Positions 1-10,350 of a stretch of DNA of 42,019 nucleotides are shown here, piece by piece. Each line of letters opens with the position of its first letter. Within the stretch, counting starts at the first letter, position 1. This stretch comes from a virus (Duplodnaviria > Caudoviricetes). Position numbers and translations under genes: made by a program. The DNA is taken from IMG/VR virus record IMGVR_UViG_3300017913_002507, positions 1 to 42,019 of that record; one strand, written 5' to 3'. The notes under the pieces were generated by a model. The model made no database searches and was not told the origin of the DNA. It saw nothing but the letters and a program-made list of their open reading frames with translations.

Positions 1-2
1 CT

Positions 3-458
3 GAGGTAACGAGAGAGACAGATTTACATAGGGCTTTTCCTTTAGCTGGATTTTTTAGATATCCGATGTCTAAAGCTTGTCCTAATAAAGTAACTCTAAT
101 GAAAGGATATCAAGATGTTACTCCCGGTCAACATTATGCTTGTTTTAAAGACGGTACAAACAGTTGGGGTAAAGACCATCCAAAAAGATTTCCAATAAAA
201 GAAGTATTCACTCAAGTGCACCACTTTAAATGGGACAGTTCTTGCGTTGAAAGAATTAAAAAGGTTGCAGATAACAATAAAGAGTACTCTTATTCGGATG
301 AATATAAAGTAATGTACGATGGAATCAAGATGTTTGATTTTAAAATAGACGTAAATAATCCTGAGTTTTCTGTTGAGAAATTGACAGAATTTTCTTATAT
401 TGATTATAACGACTATATGAAATGGGATAGTTTACGAGATAAAATAGTTACAGTATGA
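3..458 (+). CDS. 5'-truncated protein, possibly the C-terminus of a glycosyltransferase-like protein
   Basis: The frame of ORF 66..458 is open back to the window edge (EVTRETDLHRAFPLAGFFRYP-MSKAC...), so the real start lies upstream. The product guess rests on context and the HHFKW-type end only. Confidence 0.45.
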   Translation, partial: EVTRETDLHRAFPLAGFFRYPMSKACPNKVTLMKGYQDVTPGQHYACFKDGTNSWGKDHPKRFPIKEVFTQVHHFKWDSSCVERIKKVADNNKEYSYSDEYKVMYDGIKMFDFKIDVNNPEFSVEKLTEFSYIDYNDYMKWDSLRDKIVTV

Positions 459-667
459 GTTCAAAATTAGATTTAGAAAAACAGTTATTAGAAGAACGTA
501 AAGTCAAAGCAATCGAGAAGATTGCTAAAACTATGGATGATTTAGTCCTATGGTTTGAAGAGATAGATAAAGAAGAGTGGGGTGAAAGAATGCAATTTTA
601 TCTTGCAGAATTTTTAACTAGAACTCCAGAACTACCTAAAGAAGAAACTGAGGAGGATGAATCATAA
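455..667 (+). CDS. small acidic hypothetical protein
   Basis: 70-aa ORF with an ATGA overlap on the upstream stop; helical, Glu-rich. Confidence 0.6.
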   Translation: MSSKLDLEKQLLEERKVKAIEKIAKTMDDLVLWFEEIDKEEWGERMQFYLAEFLTRTPELPKEETEEDES

Positions 668-2081
668 ACTTGGCATAGTAGTACCTTACAGAAATAGACC
701 TGAACAACTAGCCATTTTTAGAAAAGAGATTGGTAACTACTTAGATATAGATTACGAACTAATAGTTGTAGAGCAATCAGATAAGAAAAATTTTAACCGT
801 GGTAAGTTACTTAATATAGGTTTTCTCAAAGCTGAGGAATTAGGATGTGACTACGTTATTTTTCATGACGTGGATATGTTACCTATTGATGCTGACTATT
901 CCTTTGTAAATAAACCAACACACCTTATTACTGATGTAGACTTACCAGAAGGTGTTTCAAGGACCCTTTTTGATGAATATTTCGGCGGTGTTACTGCATT
1001 TCCAAGTAATATATTTAGACAGATAAACGGTTATACAAATGAATATTACGGCTGGGGGTTTGAGGATGATGATCTCTTATTACGGTGTTTAGAAAACCAT
1101 ATCGACCTTGATGGTAAAGAGGTTGTACAGAAAGGAAGAGAAGGTGTAGCATTAAAGTTTAACGGAACTGATAGTTTTGTTGCTATACCCAACAAACTAT
1201 CTATTTTACGAAACTTCTCTATATTTGTTTCTTTCAGTTATAACAATATTATGTCTGATGTAGACTTGGTTACTGATGAAAATTCTATTTTTAGTATACC
1301 AGGGTTTGACACTACTTTAACTGTTAATTCGTTTTTTGACCTAACTTTTCAGTTTTGGAAAAATGATTTAAGTTCTATTTCAATACCTACTAAAGGTTTA
1401 CAAGCAGGTAATTTTAATGCTATTATTACAGTAGATAACAAAGGAGCGAATAAAAACACAAAAGACTATATTCCTCCCATAGTAAAATTTTATATTAACG
1501 GTAAGAAGGTAGGAGAAAATACTTTTGATAAACTTCTCAATATACAAAAACAACCTTATATATACCTTGGTGTAGGAGACCCTGATAGAAAAGAAAAAAA
1601 CAACTGGTTTAACGGTACTATAGACACATTTGCTACCTACAGTACAGCTCTTACAGATGGTGAATGCTCACAGTTAGGTTCTAACTTGACTAATAGCCTT
1701 TTTACTCTTAAAAGCAACGATGAGTTAGTTTCTTATTACGACATGAAATTTGTTAACGGTACTGAACTCATAGACTTAAAAGGAAAGTCAAACGGTAGGG
1801 TATTCAATTGTGAACAAATTAATACTCAAAAAACTACTAACATTTTAAAACCAATTCCTCATCGTAAGAGTGGTAAGTTTAAAATACTACCACATAACGA
1901 AAATGGATACAAAGACGGGTATTGGATAAATTGGACAAGTAGAGAAAATCAACTTAAATATTTAAATAATTATTACAGTTTAAAATCTCAATACCAAAAA
2001 GATGGTTTAAGTAACTGTAAATTTAAACTACGTAACCTATTTAGTAGTGATAACTACCACCATTTAGAAGTAATGTTATGA
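657..2081 (+). CDS. GT7 (beta-1,4-galactosyltransferase-like) glycosyltransferase with inserted LamG/ConA-like domain
   Basis: GT7 motifs VVPYRNR, FNRGKLLN, DVD, YFGGV, NGY..YYGWGFEDDDL and C-terminal GKFKILPH..DGLS; LamG-like segment (ALKFNGTDSFV..FYING..FNGTID..ALT..YYD) lies between them. Confidence 0.85.
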   Translation: MNHKLGIVVPYRNRPEQLAIFRKEIGNYLDIDYELIVVEQSDKKNFNRGKLLNIGFLKAEELGCDYVIFHDVDMLPIDADYSFVNKPTHLITDVDLPEGVSRTLFDEYFGGVTAFPSNIFRQINGYTNEYYGWGFEDDDLLLRCLENHIDLDGKEVVQKGREGVALKFNGTDSFVAIPNKLSILRNFSIFVSFSYNNIMSDVDLVTDENSIFSIPGFDTTLTVNSFFDLTFQFWKNDLSSISIPTKGLQAGNFNAIITVDNKGANKNTKDYIPPIVKFYINGKKVGENTFDKLLNIQKQPYIYLGVGDPDRKEKNNWFNGTIDTFATYSTALTDGECSQLGSNLTNSLFTLKSNDELVSYYDMKFVNGTELIDLKGKSNGRVFNCEQINTQKTTNILKPIPHRKSGKFKILPHNENGYKDGYWINWTSRENQLKYLNNYYSLKSQYQKDGLSNCKFKLRNLFSSDNYHHLEVML

Positions 2082-3499
2082 GCCATAAATTAGGAGTTTG
2101 CGTCCCATATAGAAATAGAGAATTACATCTACATGAGTTTATACCTAAAGTTGGTAAATACTTAAAAGATAGGAATATAGATTTCCAGATGTATTTTGCT
2201 CATCAAGTAGACGATAAATTGTTTAATAGAGGAGCTACTAAAAATGTAGCTGCTAAACATGCTTTTGATGACGGTTGCGATTACATAGTATGGCATGATA
2301 TTGATATGATACCTGAAGAAGGCGGCGGTTGTGATTATTCATACCCTGCTGATGCTCCAAGACATATAGCAACTCAAATATCTCAAATGGATTACCAGTT
2401 AAAGTATCATGAGTATTTCGGTGGAGCAGTTTTATTTACCAAAGAACAAGTTGAAGCTACTAACGGTTACTCTAATGATTACTGGGATTGGGGAATGGAG
2501 GACGATGATTTATTTTGGAGATGTCATTTAGAAGGTATGACTAACGACAGTTATTTGGTTAATAACATACAAAACCAAAAGTTTTTAAGGTTTGACGGAA
2601 ATAATTCTTATGCTAAAATACCCTATCAAAGAGAATTAAGAGGATTAACAACCAGATCTCATACGATATCAGCTTTAGTTAGGTGTTATCAACAGTTAGA
2701 TAAAAATAATGTTTTTCTCTTTGGTGATAAAGAACGTAAATATGTAGAGTACCCTATATTTAGAATACCTGGATATGATTACGGTTTATCATTTAATAAT
2801 TCTAGAGCTTTATCATTTACTTTTTGGAATAGTTTTAATAAACACAACTATATGTGGTTAAAGAGATATGATAAACAGTGGTCATGGATTACTGCTGTGT
2901 TAGATCAAGATAGCCACTTAGCTCATTTTTACCTTAACGGTACAGAAGTGGATAGTAAAGTAGGGTTAGGTAGTCCTTCACCTTTGAGGTTTGATGGCAA
3001 GTTAAAAAATTACGGTTCCAACGACATTTACCTTGGTACTTCTCCTTCTCAACCTGATGAAAGTACTTTTAAATACTTTAAAGGAGATATAGCAAAAGTG
3101 TATGCATGGAATAGGGCATTAACTCCTAATGAACTAGCAGACTTACACAACAATCTACCGCAGGAAGATCTTTTAATAGATTTAGACTTTAATAAACCAA
3201 AAACTGAATATTCTAACTTTGGTGCAGAGTTAATATCAGAAGACATAGCAGTACCTAATTCGATTATACCTTATAGAGTTGAAGGAAGAATGAGGTGTCT
3301 ACCCCATAAGGACGAAGGTATTGTTAATGGTCAGTTTGTAAAAGGTGAAACTACAGCACGAAATGAAAGAAGGTATGTTCTTGAAATGCAAAAAGGTTCT
3401 TGGAACTATAAAAACGATGGCATTAAACAGTTAAAGTACGAAATAGTTGGAGAGAAACAACTAACACCTTGGGCTAAAATGATAGATATTAAATTATGA
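2078..3499 (+). CDS. GT7 glycosyltransferase with inserted LamG/ConA-like domain (paralog)
   Basis: CVPYRNR, FNRG, DID, YFGG, NGYSNDYWDWGMEDDDL, LamG-like LRFDGNNSY..FYLNG..FKGDIAKVYAWNRALT, then GRMRCLPH..NDGIKQLKY. Confidence 0.85.
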   Translation: MSHKLGVCVPYRNRELHLHEFIPKVGKYLKDRNIDFQMYFAHQVDDKLFNRGATKNVAAKHAFDDGCDYIVWHDIDMIPEEGGGCDYSYPADAPRHIATQISQMDYQLKYHEYFGGAVLFTKEQVEATNGYSNDYWDWGMEDDDLFWRCHLEGMTNDSYLVNNIQNQKFLRFDGNNSYAKIPYQRELRGLTTRSHTISALVRCYQQLDKNNVFLFGDKERKYVEYPIFRIPGYDYGLSFNNSRALSFTFWNSFNKHNYMWLKRYDKQWSWITAVLDQDSHLAHFYLNGTEVDSKVGLGSPSPLRFDGKLKNYGSNDIYLGTSPSQPDESTFKYFKGDIAKVYAWNRALTPNELADLHNNLPQEDLLIDLDFNKPKTEYSNFGAELISEDIAVPNSIIPYRVEGRMRCLPHKDEGIVNGQFVKGETTARNERRYVLEMQKGSWNYKNDGIKQLKYEIVGEKQLTPWAKMIDIKL

Positions 3500-4881
3500 A
3501 CTTTGATTACGGCATAGTAAAGAAAAAATTAGATGCACAAGGATGTGGATTCTGTTTAGCAAAATGGACCCAAGTTACTATGCACTTAGGTACAGGTCTA
3601 ACTCACTCCTGTCACCACCCTGTACAACATAAAATACCGCTAAGAGAGTTAAGAAACAACCCTACTGCTTTACACAATACTAGGTACAAGAAAAAAAGAA
3701 GAAAAGAAATGTTAGAAGGTAAAAGACCTTCTGAATGTAACTACTGTTGGAATGTAGAAGATAATTCACCACATTTTTCTGATAGGACTTTTAAATCTGC
3801 AGAACCTTGGTCTTTAGATCAGATGGATATTATTAAAAATACCCCATGGAAGGAAGACTATAATCCAAGATATGTAGAGGTTTCATTTTCTAATACATGT
3901 AATTTTGCTTGTGCATATTGCGGACCTCAGTATTCATCTAAGTGGGTTGAAGAAATAGAAAAACATGGACATTATAACACTGCTACCAGATTTAACAGTA
4001 TAGATGATATAAAAAAAAGAGGTGAAATGCCTTATAAAAAATCTGAACACAACCCTTATATTGATGCGTTTTGGGAATGGTGGCCTGATCTATTTAAGGA
4101 TTTACATACGTTTAGAATCACTGGAGGAGAACCTTTACTTTCACCAGATACATTTAGAGTATTAGAATATATTCAAGATCATTGGGAAGAAAATCCTAAC
4201 CTTTCTTTAGCTATAAATACTAACTTGGGTGTACCTAAAAAGTTAGTTGATAGAATGATAGATATATGTAAAGATTTAGTTAACAACAATAAGATTAAAG
4301 AACTTATTATATTTACATCTGTAGAATCAACTGGCCGTCAGGCTGAATACGTAAGATACGGTTTAAACTACGGTGAGTTTTGGGTTAATATTGATAACAT
4401 ACTTACTGAACTACCTAAAGTAACTGTTAACATAATGGCTGCATTTAATGCACTGTCTGTCTTTACCTATAGTGAGTTAATTGATAAAGTACTTACATAT
4501 AAAAAGAAGCATTGGAATGAAAACAGATACTGGAACACAGCTCTTCAATTAGATACTTCATACACTAGGTGGCCCCCTCATTTAAATGTTAAGATATTAG
4601 AAAAAAAACATAAAGATTTAATTTTAGAATCAGCAACAAAGGCTTTATACTATGGTCGTAACGGTATGACTAAAATCAAATACGGTTTTAATGATGTTGA
4701 AATTCAAAAAATAAAAAGAACATACGACTATGCAATAGGTACTAATGATTATACACCTTTTGATGTAGAAAAGCAAAGAAAAGACTTTATAACTTTTGTC
4801 AAGCAATACGATGAACGTAGAAAAACTAACTTTACAGAAACATTCCCAGAACTAAAAGAGATGTACGATGAATATAAGTAG
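3496..4881 (+). CDS. radical SAM protein with N-terminal twitch-like Fe-S domain
   Basis: CNFACAYC (CxxxCxxC), TGGEP; N-terminal FCLAKW..SCHH..CNYC. Confidence 0.88.
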   Translation: MNFDYGIVKKKLDAQGCGFCLAKWTQVTMHLGTGLTHSCHHPVQHKIPLRELRNNPTALHNTRYKKKRRKEMLEGKRPSECNYCWNVEDNSPHFSDRTFKSAEPWSLDQMDIIKNTPWKEDYNPRYVEVSFSNTCNFACAYCGPQYSSKWVEEIEKHGHYNTATRFNSIDDIKKRGEMPYKKSEHNPYIDAFWEWWPDLFKDLHTFRITGGEPLLSPDTFRVLEYIQDHWEENPNLSLAINTNLGVPKKLVDRMIDICKDLVNNNKIKELIIFTSVESTGRQAEYVRYGLNYGEFWVNIDNILTELPKVTVNIMAAFNALSVFTYSELIDKVLTYKKKHWNENRYWNTALQLDTSYTRWPPHLNVKILEKKHKDLILESATKALYYGRNGMTKIKYGFNDVEIQKIKRTYDYAIGTNDYTPFDVEKQRKDFITFVKQYDERRKTNFTETFPELKEMYDEYK

Positions 4882-5452
4882 AAGATATCCATGGATGTTA
4901 TGGCCTGACAGTATTTGTCCATCATTTTTACCCAACCCTGTACTTCCTAGAGTACAAGGTAATCACTATTGGAAAATACAAGTTGAGTTTATTAACACAG
5001 AAAATAATTTTTCTACTGTAAAAGATGTATTTTGCTTTGTACCCAAATGTACAAGTTTATCTATATTTGAAAATAGATTATTTATAGGATTGGGATATGA
5101 CCATCAAAATGATCGAGTTGAAACTAACTATATATTTGAACCTAATGTAAAATATAGTGTAACGTATGAACATTTACCAAAAGAAAAACTGATAGTATCA
5201 ATAAATAATAAAGTTGAGTTTGAATATAGTTTATTAGAAACACCTCTAGCAGTGGTGGATAACCCAGTCATATTTTTAGGAGTTAACACACACGTTACTC
5301 ATGAAGAATCAGAAGAAATAGATATTGATTTGTTGGATTTCAAAATATATGATAAGGAAGGTCTTGCATGTCATCATGATTTTAGTGAGATAATACACGG
5401 TAAGTCTATAGATAAAACAGGCAATTTAAATTTTATATACCAAATAGCATGA
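4868..5452 (+). CDS. hypothetical protein, possible stand-alone LamG/ConA-like beta-sandwich
   Basis: Beta-strand-rich; C-terminus HHDFSEIIHGKSIDKTGNLN resembles the end of the LamG insert in 657..2081 (YYDMKFVNGTELIDLKGKSN). Confidence 0.45.
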   Translation: MNISRRYPWMLWPDSICPSFLPNPVLPRVQGNHYWKIQVEFINTENNFSTVKDVFCFVPKCTSLSIFENRLFIGLGYDHQNDRVETNYIFEPNVKYSVTYEHLPKEKLIVSINNKVEFEYSLLETPLAVVDNPVIFLGVNTHVTHEESEEIDIDLLDFKIYDKEGLACHHDFSEIIHGKSIDKTGNLNFIYQIA

Positions 5453-6786
5453 AAACATCTTATGAAAATGCATTAAAGGCGATGAATAACACTTCTCCTT
5501 CATTTTGTGCAGCAAAGTGGTATAACGTATCTATTTGGTTAGGTAATGGTAGAACAGCTTCTTGTCACCATCCGATTGCCCATAAAATACCAAGAGAAGA
5601 ACTTGCAAAAGATGCATCAGCATTACATAATACCGAGTTTAAAAAGAAACAACGTAAAATGATGCTCGAAGGAGAAAGACCTCCAGAGTGTTCTTATTGT
5701 TGGACTGCTGAAGATGCATCTGGAGGTAACAGAGAAGGGGTTTACAGTGATAGAGTATATCAAACTGCTCGTTATACTGATGAAGAAATTGCAGCGTTAA
5801 AAAATATACCCTGGGATAAAAACATTACCCCTAAAACAGTTGAAATTTGTTTTGATAATCTATGTAATTTAGCGTGTTCTTACTGTAACTCAGAATTTAG
5901 TTCTACATGGTCAAAAGACATTACAACAAAAGGTGAATATAAAAACATGTTAACCAACGGAGGAAAAACGTATCGACAGGACGGTTCTCATGCAATGCCC
6001 TTTGGTAATAAAAATGAAGGTAATATTTATGTTAAAAGGTTTTTTGATTGGTTTCCTGAAATAAAAGATGGGTTGTACGAACTGAGAGTATCTGGTGGAG
6101 AACCTTCAAGGAGCCCTTCTTTTTGGCAATTATTAGATATCTGTGAAAATGAAAAATTTGATTTTGCAGTAAATAGTAATCTGATAATGGAAGAAGAAAG
6201 GTTAAATAAGTTGATAGAAGCTAGCAAAAAATTTAAAAAATTTGAAATTTACACTTCTGCTGAAAGTTACGGATTACTTCAAGAGTTTGTTCGTGATGGA
6301 TTCAAATGGGATGTATGGGAGAAAAATATGTTCACTCTTAATAAAGCTAAATCTATCACCACAGTAAATATTATGATGACTATTTCTGCTTTAAGTATAT
6401 GGGGTGTTGCTGAGTTTTTAGAAAAAATTACTGAATGGAGAAATAATACCAGATCTAACCAGTTTTATATGTCGTTAAATATTTTAAGATTTCCTTCTTT
6501 TCAAAGTGTTAATATTATAGAACAGAAGTATAAAGACGTCTTAGCTGATAGAATAGAAAATACTCTAACAAAAATAAATGACACATTAAAAGATTGGGAA
6601 ATAAACCAAATTACTAGACTTATAAAATACCTACGTAATGTAACTAAGTCTCAAGAAGACAATGATCAATTAGATAAAAAATTATCCGATTTTAAAAATT
6701 TTACTAACCAGTATTCTATACGTAGAAACATGCCTACCGAAGAATACTTTACACCAGAAATGTACAACTGGTACCAAACACTATAA
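5449..6786 (+). CDS. radical SAM protein with N-terminal twitch-like domain
   Basis: CNLACSYC, SGGEP; N-terminal FCAAKW..SCHH..CSYC; closest in-window paralog is 3496..4881. Confidence 0.88.
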   Translation: MKTSYENALKAMNNTSPSFCAAKWYNVSIWLGNGRTASCHHPIAHKIPREELAKDASALHNTEFKKKQRKMMLEGERPPECSYCWTAEDASGGNREGVYSDRVYQTARYTDEEIAALKNIPWDKNITPKTVEICFDNLCNLACSYCNSEFSSTWSKDITTKGEYKNMLTNGGKTYRQDGSHAMPFGNKNEGNIYVKRFFDWFPEIKDGLYELRVSGGEPSRSPSFWQLLDICENEKFDFAVNSNLIMEEERLNKLIEASKKFKKFEIYTSAESYGLLQEFVRDGFKWDVWEKNMFTLNKAKSITTVNIMMTISALSIWGVAEFLEKITEWRNNTRSNQFYMSLNILRFPSFQSVNIIEQKYKDVLADRIENTLTKINDTLKDWEINQITRLIKYLRNVTKSQEDNDQLDKKLSDFKNFTNQYSIRRNMPTEEYFTPEMYNWYQTL

Positions 6787-8084
6787 TGAAATCACTTAAG
6801 AACCCAGGAGATAAAATTAGCAAAACATTCTGTTCACTACCTTGGACACATTTACACCATTGGCCAGATGGAAGAGTGTACCCATGTTGTTTAGCTGATT
6901 TCAGGAAACCGTACGGTAATGTAAAAGATTCTACATTAGAAGAAATATGGAACACTGATAAAATGAAGTCTCTCAGAAAAGCAAAATTAGCTGGAGAAAG
7001 ACATGAATCGTGTTCTAAATGTTACCTGCAAGAAGACAACGGTGATGAGAGTATGAGGATTGCTGCTAATAAACTTATGGAAAAACATTTTGACAGGTTT
7101 ATTGAGACTACAGATGAAGACGGTACGAGTAATGATTTTAGACTTCTTTATTGGGATTTTCGATTTTCAAATCTCTGTAACTTTAAATGTAGAATGTGCG
7201 GTTCATCATTAAGTTCAAAATGGTACAAGGATGAAATAGACATTTTTGGTTCCAGTGTTAACGATAGAGCATTAATACACGTAAATGATTGGAGTAAGAA
7301 AAACATTTACGAGTATATTGATATGTTTATAGGAGAAGTCGAAGAAATTTATTTTGCTGGTGGAGAACCTTTGATGATGGACGAACATTATATGATACTT
7401 GAAAAACTTATCGAAATTGGCAACACCAACACTAGGATAAGGTACAACACTAACTTTAGTATGTTGAAGTATAAAAAGTGGGATGTCTTAGAATTATGGA
7501 AAAACTTCACTAAACACGACCCTTTAAATGTACGTATTTTTGCATCGTTAGACGGTATGGGTGATTTGGCTGAATATGTACGAAAAGGTACTGATTGGAA
7601 AAAAATAGAAGAGAACGTTAAAACCACTTTGGATCAAGGTTTTTGGTTTGATCTGAGCTGTACAGTTAGTTTACTCAATATTTTTCAAATACCAGACTTT
7701 GTTGATAGGATGGTAGAGTTAGGTGTTCCATGGCACGGTATCCACCTTAATAATGTTTTGACCTTTCCAAGGTACTATGCTCTTGATACTTTACCAAATA
7801 ATTTAAAAATAAAAGCTAAAGAAAATTTATATAACCATTTGAAAAAAGTTCCAGAACACTACAAACCGGAATTTAAACAAAAATACGATATTATAGTTAA
7901 CTACCTTAAAATTGGTGATACTACAGATAACACGAAAGAAAATCAAGAAATGAAAAATATCTGTTCTAAAGTTGACGTGTACCGTAAAGAATCTTTTGTA
8001 GATATTTTCCCTTACTATAAGGACTGGTGGAACAGTATTACACTTGAAGATGATAAAAATGAAGAATCAAGTAATGTAATATGA
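6786..8084 (+). CDS. radical SAM protein with N-terminal twitch-like domain
   Basis: CNFKCRMC, AGGEP, SLDG; N-terminal FCSLPW..PCC..CSKC. Confidence 0.9.
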   Translation: MKSLKNPGDKISKTFCSLPWTHLHHWPDGRVYPCCLADFRKPYGNVKDSTLEEIWNTDKMKSLRKAKLAGERHESCSKCYLQEDNGDESMRIAANKLMEKHFDRFIETTDEDGTSNDFRLLYWDFRFSNLCNFKCRMCGSSLSSKWYKDEIDIFGSSVNDRALIHVNDWSKKNIYEYIDMFIGEVEEIYFAGGEPLMMDEHYMILEKLIEIGNTNTRIRYNTNFSMLKYKKWDVLELWKNFTKHDPLNVRIFASLDGMGDLAEYVRKGTDWKKIEENVKTTLDQGFWFDLSCTVSLLNIFQIPDFVDRMVELGVPWHGIHLNNVLTFPRYYALDTLPNNLKIKAKENLYNHLKKVPEHYKPEFKQKYDIIVNYLKIGDTTDNTKENQEMKNICSKVDVYRKESFVDIFPYYKDWWNSITLEDDKNEESSNVI

Positions 8085-9349
8085 ATTCTTTCTGCCCTAA
8101 TTTCTTTAACCATGTTATGAACGACTCCTATGGAGTTTACAAAGCCTGTTGTCTACACGTACCTGAATTCGTAAACGGTAAACACACAGGTGTTACTGTT
8201 GATAAACCGTTAGAGGAATTTTGGAACAGTGATAAGTTAGTTCAACAGAGGTTAAAAAGTATTAAAGGGGAACCTATTAATGGCTGTCAAGGTTGTTATA
8301 ACGCTGAAAAAGAAGGTGGTGCATCTTTACGTACTGATTTACTTAGAACCTATTCTAAAGATAAAAAATTTATACAAAGAGTAAATAAGGCCAAAGAAAA
8401 TAACGGGGTGCTAGAAGAATTTCCTATATCAGTCGAATACAGAGTAGGTAACTTATGCAACCTTAAGTGTAGAATGTGCAACCCACAAGATTCAGATTTA
8501 ATAAATAACGAATATAAGGAAGTAAAATCTTCTTTGGATGATACAGTAAGTAATTACTTATTTCCAACGTTAGATACACCGATAAATATCGACACTGAAG
8601 GGTATTACGAAAGTATAAAGAAAAATGTTGAGGATATTGAAATAATTAGATTTTCTGGCGGTGAACCACTCATAAACAAATCGTTTCACGATTTAATATC
8701 ATTTTTTATAGATTCTGGTAATTCTAAAAATTTAGATTTAAGAATTAACACGAACTTAACTAAACTGACAGAAGATTTATTATTTAAATTTAAAGAGTTT
8801 AAAAACGTTAATATTGACTTTTCGATTGACGGTGTAGGTGATATGTACGAATATATACGTTATCCAATGCCTTGGAGAGTAATTAGTAAAAAAATTGATT
8901 TACTTTCTGAGTTTAGCAGGGAAGAATCTAACATAAATGTATATGCTAACTATACTGTTCAAACTTATAATCTTTTACATATGTTAGATGCGATTGATTT
9001 TTTTGTATCCAAAGGATTCATACCTTTACTTCACCCGGTAACGTACCCAATGCACCTTAACATAAAAAATATACCTCAAGAGCTGAAGAAAAATGTTACG
9101 TCTAAAATAAATGACAAAATATCTAAAGTAGATACATTATATCCAAGTTTAGATGAAGTAAGAAAAAAGTGGATTAAAAATAAACTAAAATCACTTGTCA
9201 CTCTTACTAACTTAGATACCGACAGCAAAAGTGTGGACGACTTTATTTCGTTTACCGAAACTTTAGATAATAAAAGAAAACAAAATTTTGCTGAAATAGA
9301 ACCTACTATTTTTGAAGCGTTTAACACACATAAAAACCGGCCACTATGA
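8081..9349 (+). CDS. radical SAM protein with N-terminal twitch-like domain
   Basis: CNLKCRMC, SGGEP, SIDG; N-terminal FCPNFF..ACC..CQGC. Confidence 0.9.
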   Translation: MNSFCPNFFNHVMNDSYGVYKACCLHVPEFVNGKHTGVTVDKPLEEFWNSDKLVQQRLKSIKGEPINGCQGCYNAEKEGGASLRTDLLRTYSKDKKFIQRVNKAKENNGVLEEFPISVEYRVGNLCNLKCRMCNPQDSDLINNEYKEVKSSLDDTVSNYLFPTLDTPINIDTEGYYESIKKNVEDIEIIRFSGGEPLINKSFHDLISFFIDSGNSKNLDLRINTNLTKLTEDLLFKFKEFKNVNIDFSIDGVGDMYEYIRYPMPWRVISKKIDLLSEFSREESNINVYANYTVQTYNLLHMLDAIDFFVSKGFIPLLHPVTYPMHLNIKNIPQELKKNVTSKINDKISKVDTLYPSLDEVRKKWIKNKLKSLVTLTNLDTDSKSVDDFISFTETLDNKRKQNFAEIEPTIFEAFNTHKNRPL

Positions 9350-10350
9350 AAGTAGATCTTAAAGATTACTTTTGTGATTTACCTTTCACATACTCAGAAA
9401 TACATAAGGATAAGCAAACACTCTGTTGTCCATACTGGAACACTACTAATTTAAAAAAATCACCTGATTATCTCAAAAATTGGTTTAGTGATGAAGCGAA
9501 GGAAGTAAGAAATTCCATGTTAGATGGCAGTTTTAAAAGTTGTAGTAAAGAGTTCTGCCCTCATTTAAACATGCTTGTTAATAAAGGTAAAGTTACTGGC
9601 CCAATACGCCCTATAGAAGAATTTGATGCTTCAAACTACAATAAACCGAAACGTATAAAACTTTGTATTGACCGTTCTTGTAACCTTAAGTGCCCTACGT
9701 GTAGAGAAAAACTTATACCTAACACAGATTTAAACACAACAATGACGTTAGGTCAGTTGAAAAGACTTGAAGAAAGTTTTAGTGACGAACTTGAAGAATT
9801 TTTTACGAGCGGTACAGGAGACCCTTTCTACAGTAAACCGATGAGAGACTACCTTATTGACTTTCCTGTTGAAAAGTACCCTAAACTCAAAAGAATTATT
9901 ATACACACCAACGGAATACTTTGGACCCCTAAGGTTTGGAGTAAACTTAAAAACATCCACCAATTTGTCGATCAGTGTGAAATAAGTATAGATGGTGCAT
10001 CGAAAGAAACATATGAAAAAATAAGATTAGGAGGCAAGTGGGAAACTTTAATAGATAACTTAAATTTTATTAACACAATCGATACGGTAAAGAAAGTTAC
10101 TACTTCATTTGTAGTACAAAAAGACAACTATAAAGAAGTTGAAAAATTTGTACAATTAATGAATGGTATTTTTAAAGGCCGTAAAGAACATACAGTTCTT
10201 TTTTACCGAGTTGCAAATTGGGGAACTTATTCTGAACAGGAATATAACGATATAAACGTATTAGACGTAAACCATCCAGAACATGGAGACTTTTTAGAAT
10301 CGATACGTAATTTAGACAAATACCATAACGTAGTTGCAAATTTATTCTAA
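9346..10350 (+). CDS. radical SAM protein with N-terminal twitch-like domain (short subtype)
   Basis: CNLKCPTC, GTGDPF, TNG, SIDG; N-terminal FCDLPF..LCC..CSKEFCPH. Confidence 0.88.
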   Translation: MKVDLKDYFCDLPFTYSEIHKDKQTLCCPYWNTTNLKKSPDYLKNWFSDEAKEVRNSMLDGSFKSCSKEFCPHLNMLVNKGKVTGPIRPIEEFDASNYNKPKRIKLCIDRSCNLKCPTCREKLIPNTDLNTTMTLGQLKRLEESFSDELEEFFTSGTGDPFYSKPMRDYLIDFPVEKYPKLKRIIIHTNGILWTPKVWSKLKNIHQFVDQCEISIDGASKETYEKIRLGGKWETLIDNLNFINTIDTVKKVTTSFVVQKDNYKEVEKFVQLMNGIFKGRKEHTVLFYRVANWGTYSEQEYNDINVLDVNHPEHGDFLESIRNLDKYHNVVANLF

